From Lytechinus pictus (lineage: Eukaryota), in the NCBI RefSeq assembly GCF_037042905.1, contig NC_087252.1, forward strand, positions 4,528,001 to 4,592,000: 64,000 bases of DNA. Reading direction: 5' to 3'. This document shows positions 13,901-27,877 of this stretch, piece after piece. The notes under the pieces were generated by a model that did not search any database, was not told the origin of the DNA, and saw nothing but the letters and a program-made list of their open reading frames with translations. How positions within the stretch are numbered: the stretch's first letter is position 1; each line of letters begins with the position of its first letter. The position numbers and the translations under genes are program-made.

Positions 13901-16900
13901 CATAGTGATTCAGTTTGCTTTTCGCCTCCCAGGCATAGGTGACGCTAAACAAATAATAAAAGAATAATTATAGTTTTGGTAATTCCTCCTTAATCTAAAT
14001 TATTTTCAGGTGTTTGTCCAAAGTGATTGATGGGAAGAAAAAAGCAGAAGCAGTTGAAGTAACCCATTCTCTTTTGGACCTCATGAGTCAGGTTGTTATC
14101 CAAAATGGTAAGCTCTTTTTCAAGTTATAAAGGTTGTACAACTAAAGGCTTTATTAGGACATTATGAAGAAGTATTAATATGTATTATGACAAGTTAAAG
14201 GGATGCTCCAGGCTGAAGATATTTATATCTAAGTAAATATAGTAAAATTCACAGAGCAAAATGCTGAAAAATTGATCAAAATCGGATTACAAATAATGAA
14301 GTTATTGAATTTTAAAGATTTGCATTATTCTGGTGAAACAGTTCTAGGCATATCTTCATGAACATTCATTAGGTGGACTGATGTCATATCCCCACTTTCC
14401 TTTGTCTTATGTTATTACATGAAATCATAATTATTTCATTTTTTTTTCATAAATGTGTAAATGATGTGTCTCCATTATGATAAAATAAGTTGCAGCAAGA
14501 AATTTCTAATGCATTTAATCAGTTGTCAATCCAATTTTAGTTTTTGGTAGAAAATTATTTTGAATAAACTTAATTTCATGTAATAAAATACAAAAGAACA
14601 AGTGGGGATATGGCATCATCAGCCCACCTAATGAAAATTTATGGAGACATGCCTAGAACTGTTTCACCGGAATAATGCAAATCTTTAAAATTCAATGACT
14701 GTTATTTGTCATCCGATTTTGATCAACTTTTCAGCATTTGCACTGCGAACTTTACTCTATTTATTGAGATATAAATATCTCCAGCCTGGAACATCCCTTT
14801 AAGTGAAACAGGCCCCTGTACTGATTATGTATAAATGATAATGTTTAATTACACATAATGTTCAATTATTCTAATGTTCAATTATCCTAATATTCAGTTA
14901 TCCAAATATTCAATTTTTCTACTCTCTCAGATGAAAACAGTCGAGCTGTCGTAGAATCCAAAGACTTTGCTTCCACATTCCTTGGTTTGCTTGGCTCAGG
15001 TAATCCTGACATATCAAGGCAGTGTGTTGCTCTCCTGCTGAGGCTCACAGAGAATTCTGTATCCAGGCAACGCATCATCACTACATTTGATAATGCTAGG
15101 TAGGTATATCCTCATGAAATCATTTGCAAACTTGTTGATGCATGGTATTTTGGTGTTTACTGGATAGTGGATCGACTACTAGTAATTTTGCCACTGACCC
15201 TCTCATGACCTAGTCTGCACACACAGACCTTCAATACAAAGTCGTAATACATAATACAGAGTCTGAAGAAGTGAGACTAAATTCACTAATGTACTGTGGC
15301 TGCTTCTCGCAAGAGTTTGGAGTGTTATTAGTCTTCACAGTAGACATGATATAATTTATTAAAGTGTAAAACTTGAGTCTGTGCTTGCAGGCTACTCATG
15401 ACCTTCGTTGCCCGATTGCGACCTGAAAATGATTTCACCAAGATCACCGACGCAGATAAGCACATGCGGGATAGTGTCGTTTAATTGCTTGGAAAAAGAC
15501 CCAACATCAGGATAGAATGCATTGCTTTTTTTGACCATTCTGTAGGGCTGGGACTAAAACCCGGGTCCCGCCCGGAAGCTTCGGGTACCCGGGTAGAAAA
15601 ATCAATACCCGATACCCGAAAATTGCTTACCAGTATAACGTATATGTATTTGATTTGTATTGCGTAGTGTAAGACATGATTGTAACTCATCACAAAAGTA
15701 CACAAGTCTCATTTTGAACCAATTACCCTCGAAATATCCATAAATATACAAGTTTTTCAAGTAATGATGATGTGACAGATTGTTCAATCGTCTCCATGTT
15801 TCTTTTGCAACGGAAAAGCAAGAAGTAATACAAATTTTGCTTACCCGTGTGGTATCGGTGAGAAAACAGATCCTCTGAGAAAATCTTTCATAATTCATAT
15901 AAAATATAGGAAAGTGGAATTCTAGGTCGATTTTGGTACGAGGTGACAGAATATTGCAGACTTGTTTCGATGGAATATTGCGTGGGGCACGGGAGGCTTG
16001 CAATGCACATGCCTACTATATTTTCATTCATAAATTTGCTTGCGTCGCAGTGGTTGGATGACGTCACCTATGGGGTTTTTCCACCAGTCATATTTCAAGC
16101 GACATGATTTTCAGGTACCCGGGTACCCGCCCGTAAATTACCACGGGTACCAGAAGACAAAAAAACCCGAAAGTCCCAGGCCTACCATTCTGAGAGCTGC
16201 CAAGTAGCACAGTTTTTCAGTATTTAGTACTGAAAAAAGAGAAGAATACTGATGGTTTCATGCAAAATACTGATTTCTAAATCTGTAGTTTTATGTGTTG
16301 TCCCCTGGTATTTCTTTGAAAATACTGATTTCCTCACCAAAATATTTATTTTTCAGCTTTTGAAATACTGAAATGTACCTGTTCAGGTTGGCATCTTCAT
16401 CTCTGCATTCCTCAGAAATTGTACATTTTCTGCCAGAATAATTTGGCACATATTTTATATATGCGCATATGAATACGTGGATAATCATTCTATTAGATTT
16501 CATGAGCTCATAATATTTATTTTACCACAACTGGCATTTATTTTTACATTTCTTTTTGTTTTCCAGCTTACTCGTTGGCCTGCTGGCATATGTGCAGACT
16601 TCACAGAATGGATCAGTAGAAGCTGCGAAGGTTTTGAATAACCTTGCACTGGAGAACAAGTAAGATGTAACCTTTTCAAATATTCTATTGAACTTAAATA
16701 AATATCAAGTGTGGAATGTTAATTTTGACTAGCCTAATAAGAATATTATGTCGTGGGACGGGGAGGGGGGGGCTTTGAATGAAACTTGCGATTAAGTACA
16801 TGTAGTCCATGTTTATGTCCTATAAAAATTAAAAACCATGTTATGAATTTCACGTGTTTTTGCTCTCTATCACTCTGTACTTTGTTCTATCTCCTTCCCA

Positions 16901-19900
16901 TTTCCCTTTTTTGTTGCTTTTTCTTCCTCTCATTTTCCCCTTCTCTACCTTTATTTGCATTCACCCATGTCTTTTTTCAATCTCTGTTTTTCTTTCTCAG
17001 ATTCAGTTCCCAATTCAGGGACAAAGTGGATGATCAAGTTCTCCCAGCATTTGAAAAGTTTTTGGTAAGTTCTCATGTTTCCAAACTCATGTATTTAATC
17101 TAAGGTCTATATCGATCCATCATCTGTGGCATATAAAAAATTTCCAATCGTCACACAGACATTAAGTGAAAATAGCATGTGCAAAAATCTTGCCCTCGCT
17201 TTTCGTGTATCCATCTGTTTTATAGCAATGTGGTCCTGCTTTCATTTACTAGTATTATTTTTTTACAAGTTGATCTTCTTTGATAGACTTTCTGTGAAAG
17301 ATCAGACTGAGTTTGTAATAGAATTTCCCTACAAGTAAGTTAGTTGCTGATGGAATGGTCGCAGACACTTTATGAATGAGAAAACAAATATTACAAATGG
17401 GCTGAGTTATTGTCATTCTGATTTTTTGTTTGTATAAATATGTTAACTGAAATTGTGAGCGCTTTGGGCCATGTGGGAAAAGCGCGTTATAAATATTGAG
17501 TATTATTATTGTAGAACGATTGTTTACGAGTCAAATCAGTTGTAGATGGAATGGGGTAATAAGACCACAGGACAGTCCTCCGGTGGGTTTATCCTATAAG
17601 AGCTTGAATCAAATTTCAATGAGCAATGCCACAAAACAGAGGGAACAAATCACATTCTGAAAACCATTTCTTGTGCATCCTTCATTTTCCAGACACACAG
17701 TATCACGTCCCAGAAGAGTGACGTCTTCCCATCATGCATTTCTTTCATGGGGAACATGGCGCATGACCCGGTCATCAGGAAGCAGATTGCTGGCAGGAAG
17801 GAATTCTGGGAAGCCTCCATTCAAGTTTTGGTGAGGCGAGGTGTTTCCAGTAATTTTGAAATCAAGAACAAATAGCTTTGTTTCCATTTCAAATACCAGC
17901 AGTTGCATTGCCAAGTGTCATCTTGTGTAGAATTGTATGAGACATATATCCTTCCTTTTATTGTTACATCATTATCTTTCTTTCATGGAGCGCTAAGTGA
18001 GATGGCATACAGGATTAACGCAAATGAGTGATATTGACACTTAGGCGCAATTTGCATGGGTTTATCAATGAAATGGATACATTTTGAGTCCCTTTTCAAA
18101 TATCTGGTGGATGGAGTTATAGATATCATGCTGAAGTCACTGTTTTAGACTTCTTACAATCATATTGAGATCCTACTATGTAGTCTATCTTATTGGGCAA
18201 ATTGAAGAAATGTGCAAGCTGTGCACTTGTATTTTGCAACCAATGGAGATCTGTAAAGACATACTACATGTATAATGCCCTCTTCGCCTTTATGGTGACT
18301 ACGTGTATGAATGAATCCTTGATCATTATCAGCTTTTGAGCCCTGTTACCTTGGTTACGTATAGGTAGCATAATTGCAAAGTTACCATAATAGATAGATC
18401 ATTATGAAGAAATGATCATTATACAGGCCTCTTACCTCTTTGAAAAACATTATTTCTTAATTCCACTTATTCCAGATTCACTTTAGGATAACCAAATATG
18501 ACGTTTTGTCTGTTCCTTCGTTATTTATTTGTTCATCTAGAAATACCATACCAAGCATCTAAACAAGCCTAGCAGTAGAGAAATGGTCTACACCACTCTT
18601 GGCCTGCTCATGAATATCTCCATGGAAACCAGTCAATCATTCAAGGACCAATCAGAAGGGTTATGCAAGGAGCTGCTTCCTTTAGTGAAAAGTGATCAAA
18701 TTGATATTCAAGAGGTATAGTAATGTGTATTGAAGAAATAGTTATTTGAAAGTGGGAGTTAACCAGGCAAAAAAAATACTTTGTTTATTCATTTTTTTGT
18801 GGGGGCGGGGGGGCTTCTTTTCATGATCCACTGCCTTAAATCTGGAACATTGGGTAAGCTTTAACATTGCTGTGAATAGGGCTTTTCCAGGGCTCTTCAG
18901 CGTTTTGGGGGCGAAATCAGCCCGAGCCCCCTTGTATTTTTTTCCTGCAGTTAACTGACTAACACTATGTGCTGTCTCTCATTGACTGTGTTATGAATAG
19001 CTAGTATCAAAATGTACCTTTTAGATAACTAATAATAATAATCAGCATATAATTTTATTTTTATTGAGAAACTAAAAAGAATTTCAGAGGAAAAGTACTT
19101 GTCTCGCTACTTGATAACATTATTATTCAGGTAGGAATATATTGATTTATAGTGAATTATTGTGTTTTAACTTTAAAGTGGGCCTGTATAACAAGACTAC
19201 ACTGCTTAGAATGTTGCATTATGGGTGAGAAATCCTGGCCAGATTTTTGTAGTTGAGAGCTTGAGGTGGTGTTATACCATGCTACTGGTTGGTGTTTGCC
19301 TTGAAAATAAACTTGTTTTCTTGCCGTGAGCCAGAATCGTAGGAGAAACTACCCCAAATTGATTTGGAATGGTTGCTTATAATGCATACATGTATAACAC
19401 AATATAAGAACTGGGAACCATTTCATGAAAGCTGTTATTATCTGACAGTTAACATAGTAAGACATCTTGATGCTTCTCAGCCTAATCAAAACCAAGGAAA
19501 GTTTTCAAATCTGACAACTTGTCAGACAACAAATGTTGATACTGATGAAGCATGTCCTTGCCATTTTTTGTTCCAAGTTACTTATTAAATTTGACCAAAC
19601 TCATATGATTAATCAAAATGATAATATAGATTGTTGTGCTGACGGTGCAACTCTTCATGTTTCTTTGCACACACAATCATAATCATAATCACATAAAAAA
19701 TGATCATGAAATTATCCATTTACACAGCTTACAAATTCACCATTTTATAAATCAAAACTATTTTCAATTAATTTCTAGAGGGCAGCTGGATTGCTAGGCA
19801 GGGCTCTACCTCACTCCACTGGGGCAGCCCAGGCAGCATGTGAGGCTAGGATACCCACCATTCTACATCAAACCCTTCAGGTATAGTCAAACAATTTGTG

Positions 19901-22900
19901 TTTCATAAAGGACCATGTCGATATTGTCCCACTGCGTTCTTTTTACTCCGGAATTCATGGTACAATATGAAGGGGGTGCTTGGGAGCAGGGGGCAATCAT
20001 TCCTTTTATTGAGGACTAAGATATAAGGAAGGCACCTTAACAAAGGTCACATTCATATCTTCCATGCTGGAATCCCAAACAATCTGTTAATTTGGGCACT
20101 CATAAACACTCATAAACAACAGGTCCTTATAAGATGAAAGGGTCCTAAACACATTTGTAAGGGGGCATTTTGAGGGGTAAAAAGGGAAACTCTTTTAGGG
20201 CTACAACATGGATTGCTGTCCCTGATTACTTATTTGTTTATTTCTTCTATGCACACCATATGTGTTTGTTTGTTTTCCAGAATTCAGATCTGTCTATAGA
20301 ATCCAAGTCAGCACTGAGTCGATGCCTTGTTGTGTTCACACAAATCAGTGAAGAAGCCAGAAATCAGATCGCTCAAGCTGATCCAGGTGAGAACACGTTT
20401 TTTTATCCAAACTATTTCTGTTAAGGAGCCCTTTGAATATTTATTTATTTTCATTTTTTTCTTGAGGGAGGAGAATCTCCTTTTCTCAGAATAGATAAAT
20501 GATAAAACCAAGAAATCTATACTTCTATCTATCAATCAATACCAATAATGATATTAATTCACTAAAATTTGGCAAACCTGTTGATATTATCACACAATTG
20601 GATGGGGCAGATGTCAAAACCTTGGCAATATCATTTCCTCTGTGCATTGTATGTACATGCATGAGCTAAACCACCATGGTAACTGAAACCTGAACCAGGA
20701 TATATGTCACCCAAAGTACCCTGCTTAATGTGGGTAATTAGCCCACTATGTATAGTGAATTCGGGATATAATAAAAGGGAAGTTCACTCTGTTGGTAAGT
20801 CAGTTCTTATAAAAGCAGAAAAATTACAGGAAAAAAAAGGTTTTATAAAAATCCTTCAAAGAATTAGAGAGTTATGACAATCCAAAGTTTATGATTTGTG
20901 ACTTCATATGCAAGCAACTCTTCCATATATCATTTAACATCAATTTCATGTAACAATATTTGTCCTATTGAAGGGGGTATAAGTTTATGTGTCTAATGAT
21001 GTATCCACCCCACATATTTTATATCAGGCCTACCAACTACTCTTTTTTGAAGATTTTTTTATCAACCAAAAAGAGGAGCACTCTGTTTTTCCATTTGCTT
21101 AAGATGAAAAATAAATCAGCCCATATATGTATTTGTGTTGTGGTGTAAGAGTTGTATAGTTTTTCAGCACTTGTAATTTCTCATTGTTGAAATATAAGAA
21201 TGCTAAACATGTTTTAATATTTTTTTTAAAGTGAGTGAGACACACCTGACATCGAGCAGAAAAACTCGCACCATGCTTTTTTCATTTCCAAATGTTTGCT
21301 AGCCTGATATTTATCAATATTCAATCCATTTTTTTATTTTCAGATCTCAGTTGCTTCCTTTCTCTCCTGAGTTCATCCAGTGATACAGTGGTAGCCAACA
21401 TAGCTCTCTCAATCGGCCATTGTATCCAGGTAGAAGGGGTCAGCGAAAGGCTAGCCGACACCGACGTGGTCAAGACATTACTAGCCAAGACCGACACAAC
21501 TAATGAGACCATAAAGCAGAACTGTTCTATTACACTGGCTAAACTAGCCACGTCACACCAAAGGTAAAGACAGATTATTAGCACAGGCAATTTCAGTAAG
21601 AGTCAACTCTAAATGCTAAATATACTCAGCTTCTGTAATTCCTTAACTCAAAACGCAAAAAGTTAGCGCCACAAAATGTTATGAATTTTTTCATTAAAGT
21701 CTCGCGCAACTTTTGAGACCAAATTCGCGACATATGGGTATAGCATCGCGACATCACATGACGTTTTAAGAGACAATGTCATGCCGAAAATGGCTAATTT
21801 TTATACTTTGTGTACAAAGTCTATGGGAGATAAAATTCATAAAAGGGTGATTATTTCGTTCTAATCAGTCTTCTTAATTAATTTAGGGTTTAATTTAGTT
21901 GTTAAATGGTCTGTAATAATTTCCATTGAAAAAAATCAAAGAAATACGTAGGAAATTCTAAAAACAGAAATATGTAAGGAAAAAATTGGCTTTCGCAAGT
22001 TTTCTTTGTGGAAACCTTTAAATTAGATTACAAAGATGATATCTGCAAAAAAGAAAAAAATTTGAAGCGAAATTGGGTGTTAGATATGCAAATAATGTTT
22101 TTCATTAATAAATTTGCATATTTTATTCATAATAAATAGAAAATGTTTATTTTCAGAATTTTTTTAAATACCATATTGTAGTTTATGTGGTAAGGAATGT
22201 GCGTGCCAAATTTTGGGGCAATCGCACGAACGGCGGCCGAGATCAGAAGGGAGGTCATCATGCCCGCCCGCCCCCCCAGTCCTCAATATAGCCCAGTTCT
22301 TTTAGGGTTAAAAGGTGGGGGTTGAATCAGTATTAGCTGTTTCACTATTGCAAGTAACTTGCAAGTGAACTTTTGATCTGGATTTAATCATAGGTCTGAC
22401 AATTAATTGCAGGTTTTTACTCGCTGGTCTGGTTCTTACAACAAACTGAAGGGGAAAAAAAAAAAAAAATTTCACTATTTACGATTGATATATTAATTGC
22501 AATTTTGCATGAATTAATTGCAATCGATTGCATATTTTCTTTCAACACCCCATTAGTTAACGCTATAAACGCTGGGCTATTTTGATCCCTTTAAAAAAAA
22601 TATTTAACAAATCCCTCGCGTCGTTTGGCAAGGCATTTATATACACATGCCTCTCTCCACCCAGGTGTAGTAAATGGCTACCCGGGAGGGAGGAATTCCT
22701 TGAATTTTCAAACGCCCAATCAGGGTAGCCATGCCAAATCCGTTATATTAGTATAGGGTGCTTAGAACATTGTATCAAAATACATTTGGATGCATGGTGT
22801 AGGATGCAACAATTGGCCAATTGGAAGTATGTGGCAACGTGGCTTGTCATTAGGAAATATGGCCTGGAACTTAAGTGGGCCAATCAGATGCAGAGTTGAT

Positions 22901-23101
22901 AGCCCTTCATGAATATGCATGAGCAACATGACACAACTTTTGTACAAGTGGTATATAAATGTTGCATGATCGTATTGTTATCTCTCTCTTTTTTTTCTGT
23001 TATTCCCTTTTTCTTTCTCCATTTTCAGGCACTTGGAGAGACTACGTGACCTTGGTGGTATCGGGATTCTGCACACCTGCTCAAAATATGCCCTGAGGTA
23101 A
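1931..23101 (+). CDS. TTC12: Tetratricopeptide repeat protein 12 (TPR + armadillo-like), complete 17-exon gene, 708 aa
   Basis: Hand-spliced GT-AG exons with consistent phases: 1931-1991, 6515-6657, 7260-7296, 8123-8322, 10117-10309, 10967-11155, 13077-13143, 14010-14107, 14931-15099, 16567-16659, 17001-17064, 17693-17830, 18541-18714, 19779-19880, 20281-20386, 21344-21563, 23029-23101 (2127 nt, open throughout). The N-terminus [20 protein letters not shown], the segment [16 protein letters not shown], TPRs ([24 protein letters not shown]...LYTNRAQAY) and the C-terminus [10 protein letters not shown]...[14 protein letters not shown] match TTC12 as recalled. Confidence 0.92.
2216..3908. repeat. 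Tandem duplication of a ~455-bp unit (2216-2671; 2672-2895 plus 3627-3908)
   Basis: Both units start cggtggcggtagacag and end cagagaccgaag..ttttggtcta; the second unit is interrupted by a foldback element. Confidence 0.85.
2896..3626. mobile_element. Foldback-type MITE with long TIRs and 8-bp TSD
   Basis: About 235-bp TIRs starting ggcgctagtgtagtttcgca, a further inner inverted pair, and TSD aaataaag (2888-2895 / 3627-3634). Confidence 0.9.
5926..6101. mobile_element. Short MITE (ctggggagcgtt...aacgctcccctg)
   Basis: Terminal inverted repeats; related decayed copies near 19410-19560 and 62000-62150. Confidence 0.6.
6678..6955. mobile_element. MITE, about 275 bp (family copy 1)
   Basis: About 60-bp imperfect TIRs gggccc.gtcttac...; second copy at 11282-11555. 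Confidence 0.8.
9020..9250 (-). mobile_element. tRNA-derived SINE
   Basis: Minus strand reads ttggctcagtttgtagagcg (A-box) ... ggttcaaaccc (B-box), followed by an unrelated body. Confidence 0.65.
9632..10073. mobile_element. MITE with 14-bp TIR
   Basis: cagacctgccaacc / ggttggcaggtctg, flanked by the duplication taatac. Confidence 0.75.
11282..11555. mobile_element. MITE, about 275 bp (family copy 2)
   Basis: ctgggccccgtcttacaaagagtt...gtaagacgggcccag; aligns with 6678-6955. Confidence 0.8.
11945..12908 (+). mobile_element. Helentron-associated (HINE/DINE/Tsp-like) non-autonomous element with internal tandem repeats
   Basis: Subterminal inverted repeat gtctcacctgc (11945) / gcaggtgagac (12877), a (ggc)n microsatellite after the 5' end, about 5 tandem units of 160-190 bp, inserted in a T-run and ending cttgtt. 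Confidence 0.75.
13585..13970 (+). mobile_element. tRNA-derived SINE, near full length
   Basis: A-box ttggctcagtcgtt, decayed B-box gggttagagtcc, A-rich tail. Confidence 0.6.
14195..14802. mobile_element. TTAA-flanked palindromic MITE (Kolobok/piggyBac-type target site)
   Basis: ttaa-agggatgctccaggctg...cagcctggaacatccct-ttaa with long TIRs; same family as 27878-28465. Confidence 0.85.
15543..16184. mobile_element. hAT-type MITE
   Basis: TIR taggg.ctgggact / agtcccaggccta; perfect 8-bp TSD ccattctg; subterminal ggtacccgg repeats. Confidence 0.85.
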
Positions 23102-24349
23102 CCTGAGCAATCAAATACTTCATCTTGATATAACCTCTTCTGTCCAATAGATCCTGTCACTACTGACGTGTAACCCCAGCTCTTTTTTCACAGACATGCA
23201 TCAATGGCTGGAGCCCCCCCCCCCCTCCCTCTGATGTGGAAGAGAGCTCAAATATAAACAGCTTCAAATCCAACTTGTTGAACTCTTAGACCTCAAGGAA
23301 AGAGAAATCTGACCCAGATGAAAGTTTTGCTTGCTCATGTTCAAACGCTGTACAGTGCCATTAAACTCTGTGCCCCACAATCCTTCATGAAAAGTCAACA
23401 AGAGACAAATCAGTTTTGAACTTCAAATGCCTACGCCCAAGGTGTATCCAAGGTATAGATACAATTTGTTCAGTTTGTATTACATCCACCACTAACGTTC
23501 ATATTATCATGAGAGGCTTGTGGGTCAACTAATTTCGCTGAAGATGATACAAGAGAGCACAAGCCACAAGTGAGAATCAAACAGTGAATCCCAATTGCAG
23601 GTACAGATAAAGGGTTATCAATAGAACTTTATATGTAATAATAATAATATGGTCCATTATATTTCGCAGCTGCTTTAATTGCATATACCCCGTACTCTAC
23701 TGCGCTTGATACTTGGTATCATATTATTACCCGGCTGTAGCTGAGCCGGCATGTAGGCGCTAAAACATTCAAGGAATAAATACTACAGGGTACCTATTCA
23801 CCTCACCTGGGTTGAGTGCAGCACAATGTGGGAATATTTTTTGCTGAAGGAAAACACGCCATGGCTGGGATCTGAACCTACGCCCCTCTGATTGAAAGAA
23901 GAGTGTAACCACTAGACCTCGACGTAGTGTTTGATCAAGTTTTTTTAAAGGGGAAGTTAATAAATTTCCCTTAATGTCATTTTCTCCTAAAAAAATGAAA
24001 GTGATGTTGTTTGTGCCATGGATATATTATTAGAATCATCATTTCATACCCATTTGTATTAGAGAAATATTCTTTTTCATCATAATCCAGTGAAAAATTG
24101 GAATTTATGGGATTTATAATATCACATAATTGGGGGAGCTGATGTGGCGTCACAAATGAAAAACTTTGAAAAATTGTAAATATCTTATTCTTTGAAGGAT
24201 TATCATGAAACTTTCATATTTGTTTTCTAATTTTTCTGCTTTTATTAAAATAAACATTTCTTCAGTGTGAACTTCCACTTAAATCTCTTTGAAAGAGAAG
24301 CACCGTGATTAATACATTTTGCAGAGTACATAGTGGTCTGCCGATCTCA

Positions 24350-24765
24350 TAGGATTGGTAAATTGCCAATTTGTCTATCACCAACTCGTCCAGTCACCAC
24401 ATGGTCTACCTTCATTTAGTCTCATGCCATTCCGTCCATCAACATTTTGTCTAACATCCATTTGGTCCAATAACCATTTCTTCCAATCATCTCTTTGTCT
24501 AATCAGTCACCATTTTGTCTATTACCATTTCGTCGAATAACCAGTTGGTCTAATACCCATTTTCTTTTCATTCATTTTGCACTATTAGCACTTTAGTTTA
24601 ATTAGACCAAATGGTATATGGACTAAATGGCTATTGGACCAACTGGTTATTAGACGGAATGGCATTAGACTAAATGAAAGTAGACCATGTGGTGAGTAGA
24701 CGAACTGATGATAGACCAAATGGTAGTAGACGAGTTGGCAATTGGACGAATGGGAAATAAACCAC
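24350..24765. repeat. Imperfect inverted-repeat element built from short gtc(t/c)a motifs
   Basis: The left arm ttgccaatttgtctatcacc... is complementary to the right arm ...tagtagacgagttggcaa. Confidence 0.6.
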
Positions 24766-26069
24766 AGGATTAGCATGAAGGAGTGATCTCACAATAAGGT
24801 GCATGCATGTATTATGAAATGCAAGTATTCCATTTTATTTGATTTATGACTCATTTTAATTGGAAAACATGTTTTTCAAACTGTTAATGTATTATACATT
24901 AGATTGCATAGTATGATATTGATATTATTTTGTCAATTGAATGTGTTTGAAGTGCTTAATCAATAATGAATAAATAATGATATTGGATTGTAAGAATTAT
25001 GAATATTGTAGATACCATTATTTTATATTTCGGGAGGTGTAATAGAAAATTAATTCAAAAGAGGGGGGCATGGGCAGGCTGTGCCCCCCCCCCCCCTCTG
25101 GATCTGCCAGTAATAGAAGTGATAAATAGCGTTTTTTAGGAAATTATTTCTGAAGTGAAGAAGGACTGTGATTTATGGTTTGAAATTGGTTGATTGATTG
25201 ATTGACTGATTCATTGCTTTGTTTCTTTTTTTCTCATTGATTAATTGAATGAATGATTGTTAGATTGGCTCTTTTGACTGATTGTTTAATTCATTTTTTG
25301 AATGATTGAATGATTAATTGTTCGAAACATTGATTAAATCCTTGAAATAATAATTGGAAATTGACTAAATAGACTAACATAATCATTGATCTGTATAAAT
25401 CTACAATCAATATGCATGACACCACTTGATTCGACAAAATGACAAAATTTGATACCCTTTGAATATGACCCAAGTTTATTTTGAACCCGACCGTGTTCTG
25501 TGTTCTCTCATTCCTGAACGAAACTTATTTTTGATGAAAAGATTTGTAAGGTGGAACTGATAACATGCACCCATTATCATCAAATAGACATCACACATGT
25601 CATAACTTGGAACAAAAATTTGACAGACTTATACTGTAGTATAGTTAAGTATAGTTGTTTTTTTTTTTTCAAATTAGATCAAACGCAATTACAATAATGA
25701 TAAAAATCATAACATAAAAGATATCAAAATGAATACGCACACACACATTCGCACGCACACACACACACGGATACATCGCTCATGGCAACGTCCTCATCTT
25801 GATTTAAATATTCATGTACCCATATTCATAATCACCCATTTATGAATTTCATCTCCCATGTCGACTTTACACACAAATTATAAAAATGAGCCATTTTCGG
25901 AGTGACATTAATTATCACATAAAGAGTCACGTGGCGTCGCGATTCTATCCACGTACGCCACGAATTTGGAAAAGATATTTTTGCACAATTTCTCGAATCG
26001 AGGCGGTGCCAAGCTATTTATTATATCTATATTCTTCATTAAGCAGATATACTATATCATCCATTGACC

Positions 26070-26322
26070 ATCGGATCGGGGTCATCCTAGCCACTAACCC
26101 GTCTCTGTGGTCTAGTGGTTAAGGCACCGTCCGGCGTTCAAAGCTGGGAGCCCGGGTTCGATTCTCGGCAGAGACATTTTTTCGGCATTACCAATTTTTC
26201 CGAAGGGCAGATAGCTCTGGGAACCTTGATTTAAGCTATGCCTACCATTGTTCTCTTCATCCATTTCATTCACAAAATAGTTAAATAAAAGAGTTGCCAA
26301 AGCTGTTGTACATGTATAATTT

Positions 26323-26330
<8 letters not shown>
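26070..26330 (+). mobile_element. Interspersed element carrying a tRNA-like gene (26101-26176)
   Basis: About 260 bp shared with the inverted copy at 45112-45385; A and B boxes, TTTTTT terminator, adjoining (TA)n. Confidence 0.75.
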
Positions 26331-26359
<29 letters not shown>

Positions 26360-26370
26360 TTATATATATA

Positions 26371-27007
26371 CAGTTGAGGTCAGAAGTTTACATACACCCA
26401 GGAAATAGTTGACACTTTCCAAACATCATAAAATTTACTGTATCTTATAAAATATTGTTGTTATCATGACGAATTTGATATTAAACAAATGAGTATATCA
26501 TGCTCCTTCATCACATTGCTTTGTCACCAGGAGCTGAAATATGTTTAGGTGTCCTCTTTTCCTCCAAAACTCTTCATACTTTATACAAATTAAAAATAAA
26601 AACTTGACAAAAACATTTAATGTCTGTGCTTTTTACTTCTCAACACAAACATTTCAGATTACTCTTTTTTGTTTAGTGGTGACATATCATGACAGAAAAC
26701 GTAATATAAATCATAGACTTGACATTTATATATTTCTATGAAAGGATGTTTGAAAATATGATAAAAACAATAGAATACATTTGGCACGAATATTACCTTT
26801 TTTCTTTAAAGAAAATTCTACCTGAAATATACTTTAATACCAATGGGATCCCAATTAAGTGAAAGAGCTTAATACGCTCTTTTGATTGATACCAAATTTG
26901 TCATAGTAGTATTTATATTTCTGAAGATACAGTAAAGTTTATGTTTGGCAAGCGAACAAATTTCACTGAATTCCATTGGTGTATATGTAAACTGTTGGCC
27001 TCAACTG
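26371..27007. mobile_element. Non-autonomous Tc1-like element in a TA microsatellite
   Basis: ta-cagttgaggtcagaagtttacatacacc...ggtgtatatgtaaactgttggcctcaactg-ta. Confidence 0.85.
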
Positions 27008-27877
27008 TATATATATTTATTTATTTATCATTTTATGAAATAACATTTTGTTAAAACATCATTTTGATTGACAGAGTCCCCAATTTCAGACTGTAGCTTT
27101 GATTTAAACATCCCCCCCCCCCTCAACGCATATGGACACCAAGGCAGTGCTCTGCATTATAAATTTCCGTTTAGTATTATAGTATATTTATTATTATTAT
27201 TATTAATAATAATCAATTAGGCTGAAACCGAATCAATTCAGCCATGTAAGCCTAAATCTGGTGAAAAGGAATCAAAATCGCAACCATTGTCCGGGGCCAA
27301 TCGAAGTACAAACACTGACTGAAAGAATATTTACAGGCGTTTATAATGAGAAACTCCGTTACTGTACGATATGAGCATGGTCTTCGTGAAAGTAGAGTCA
27401 ATTGAGTCTTGGTGTTTCGAAAGGGGGAGAGAAAAGACCAAGCCATTATCGTTTTTTTTTTTTTTTCTCTTTCTTTTCTTTCTTTTCCTTTTAATCTCTT
27501 CTTTTTATTTTCATCGCAATCGACCCCCCTTCCCGTCTGTGGTGCTGTGTAAATATAGCTCTATATATCGGGTAAAAAAATCAGCTGGAGAAAAAAAACC
27601 GTACGAAAATCATTGACGACTTAACATAACAACGCATTTTCATCTTTGACTATACATGTTCATAGTTAGTAAAGATTCTTTCTTTCGCAAACATTCATAA
27701 ATAGTCGTTCAAAAATAAGATAAAAACAGATTGTCAACATAAATCGTGTCACATGCGGATTCTGAACACAAAAGTTACACAAACTTTACATTCTGAAATA
27801 AAGAGTGGGCCTTAAAAAAAGGCCTTGCTTGTCAGGACAAGGGCTCAATCATGATACGATACGTGTATAGTGATGCT

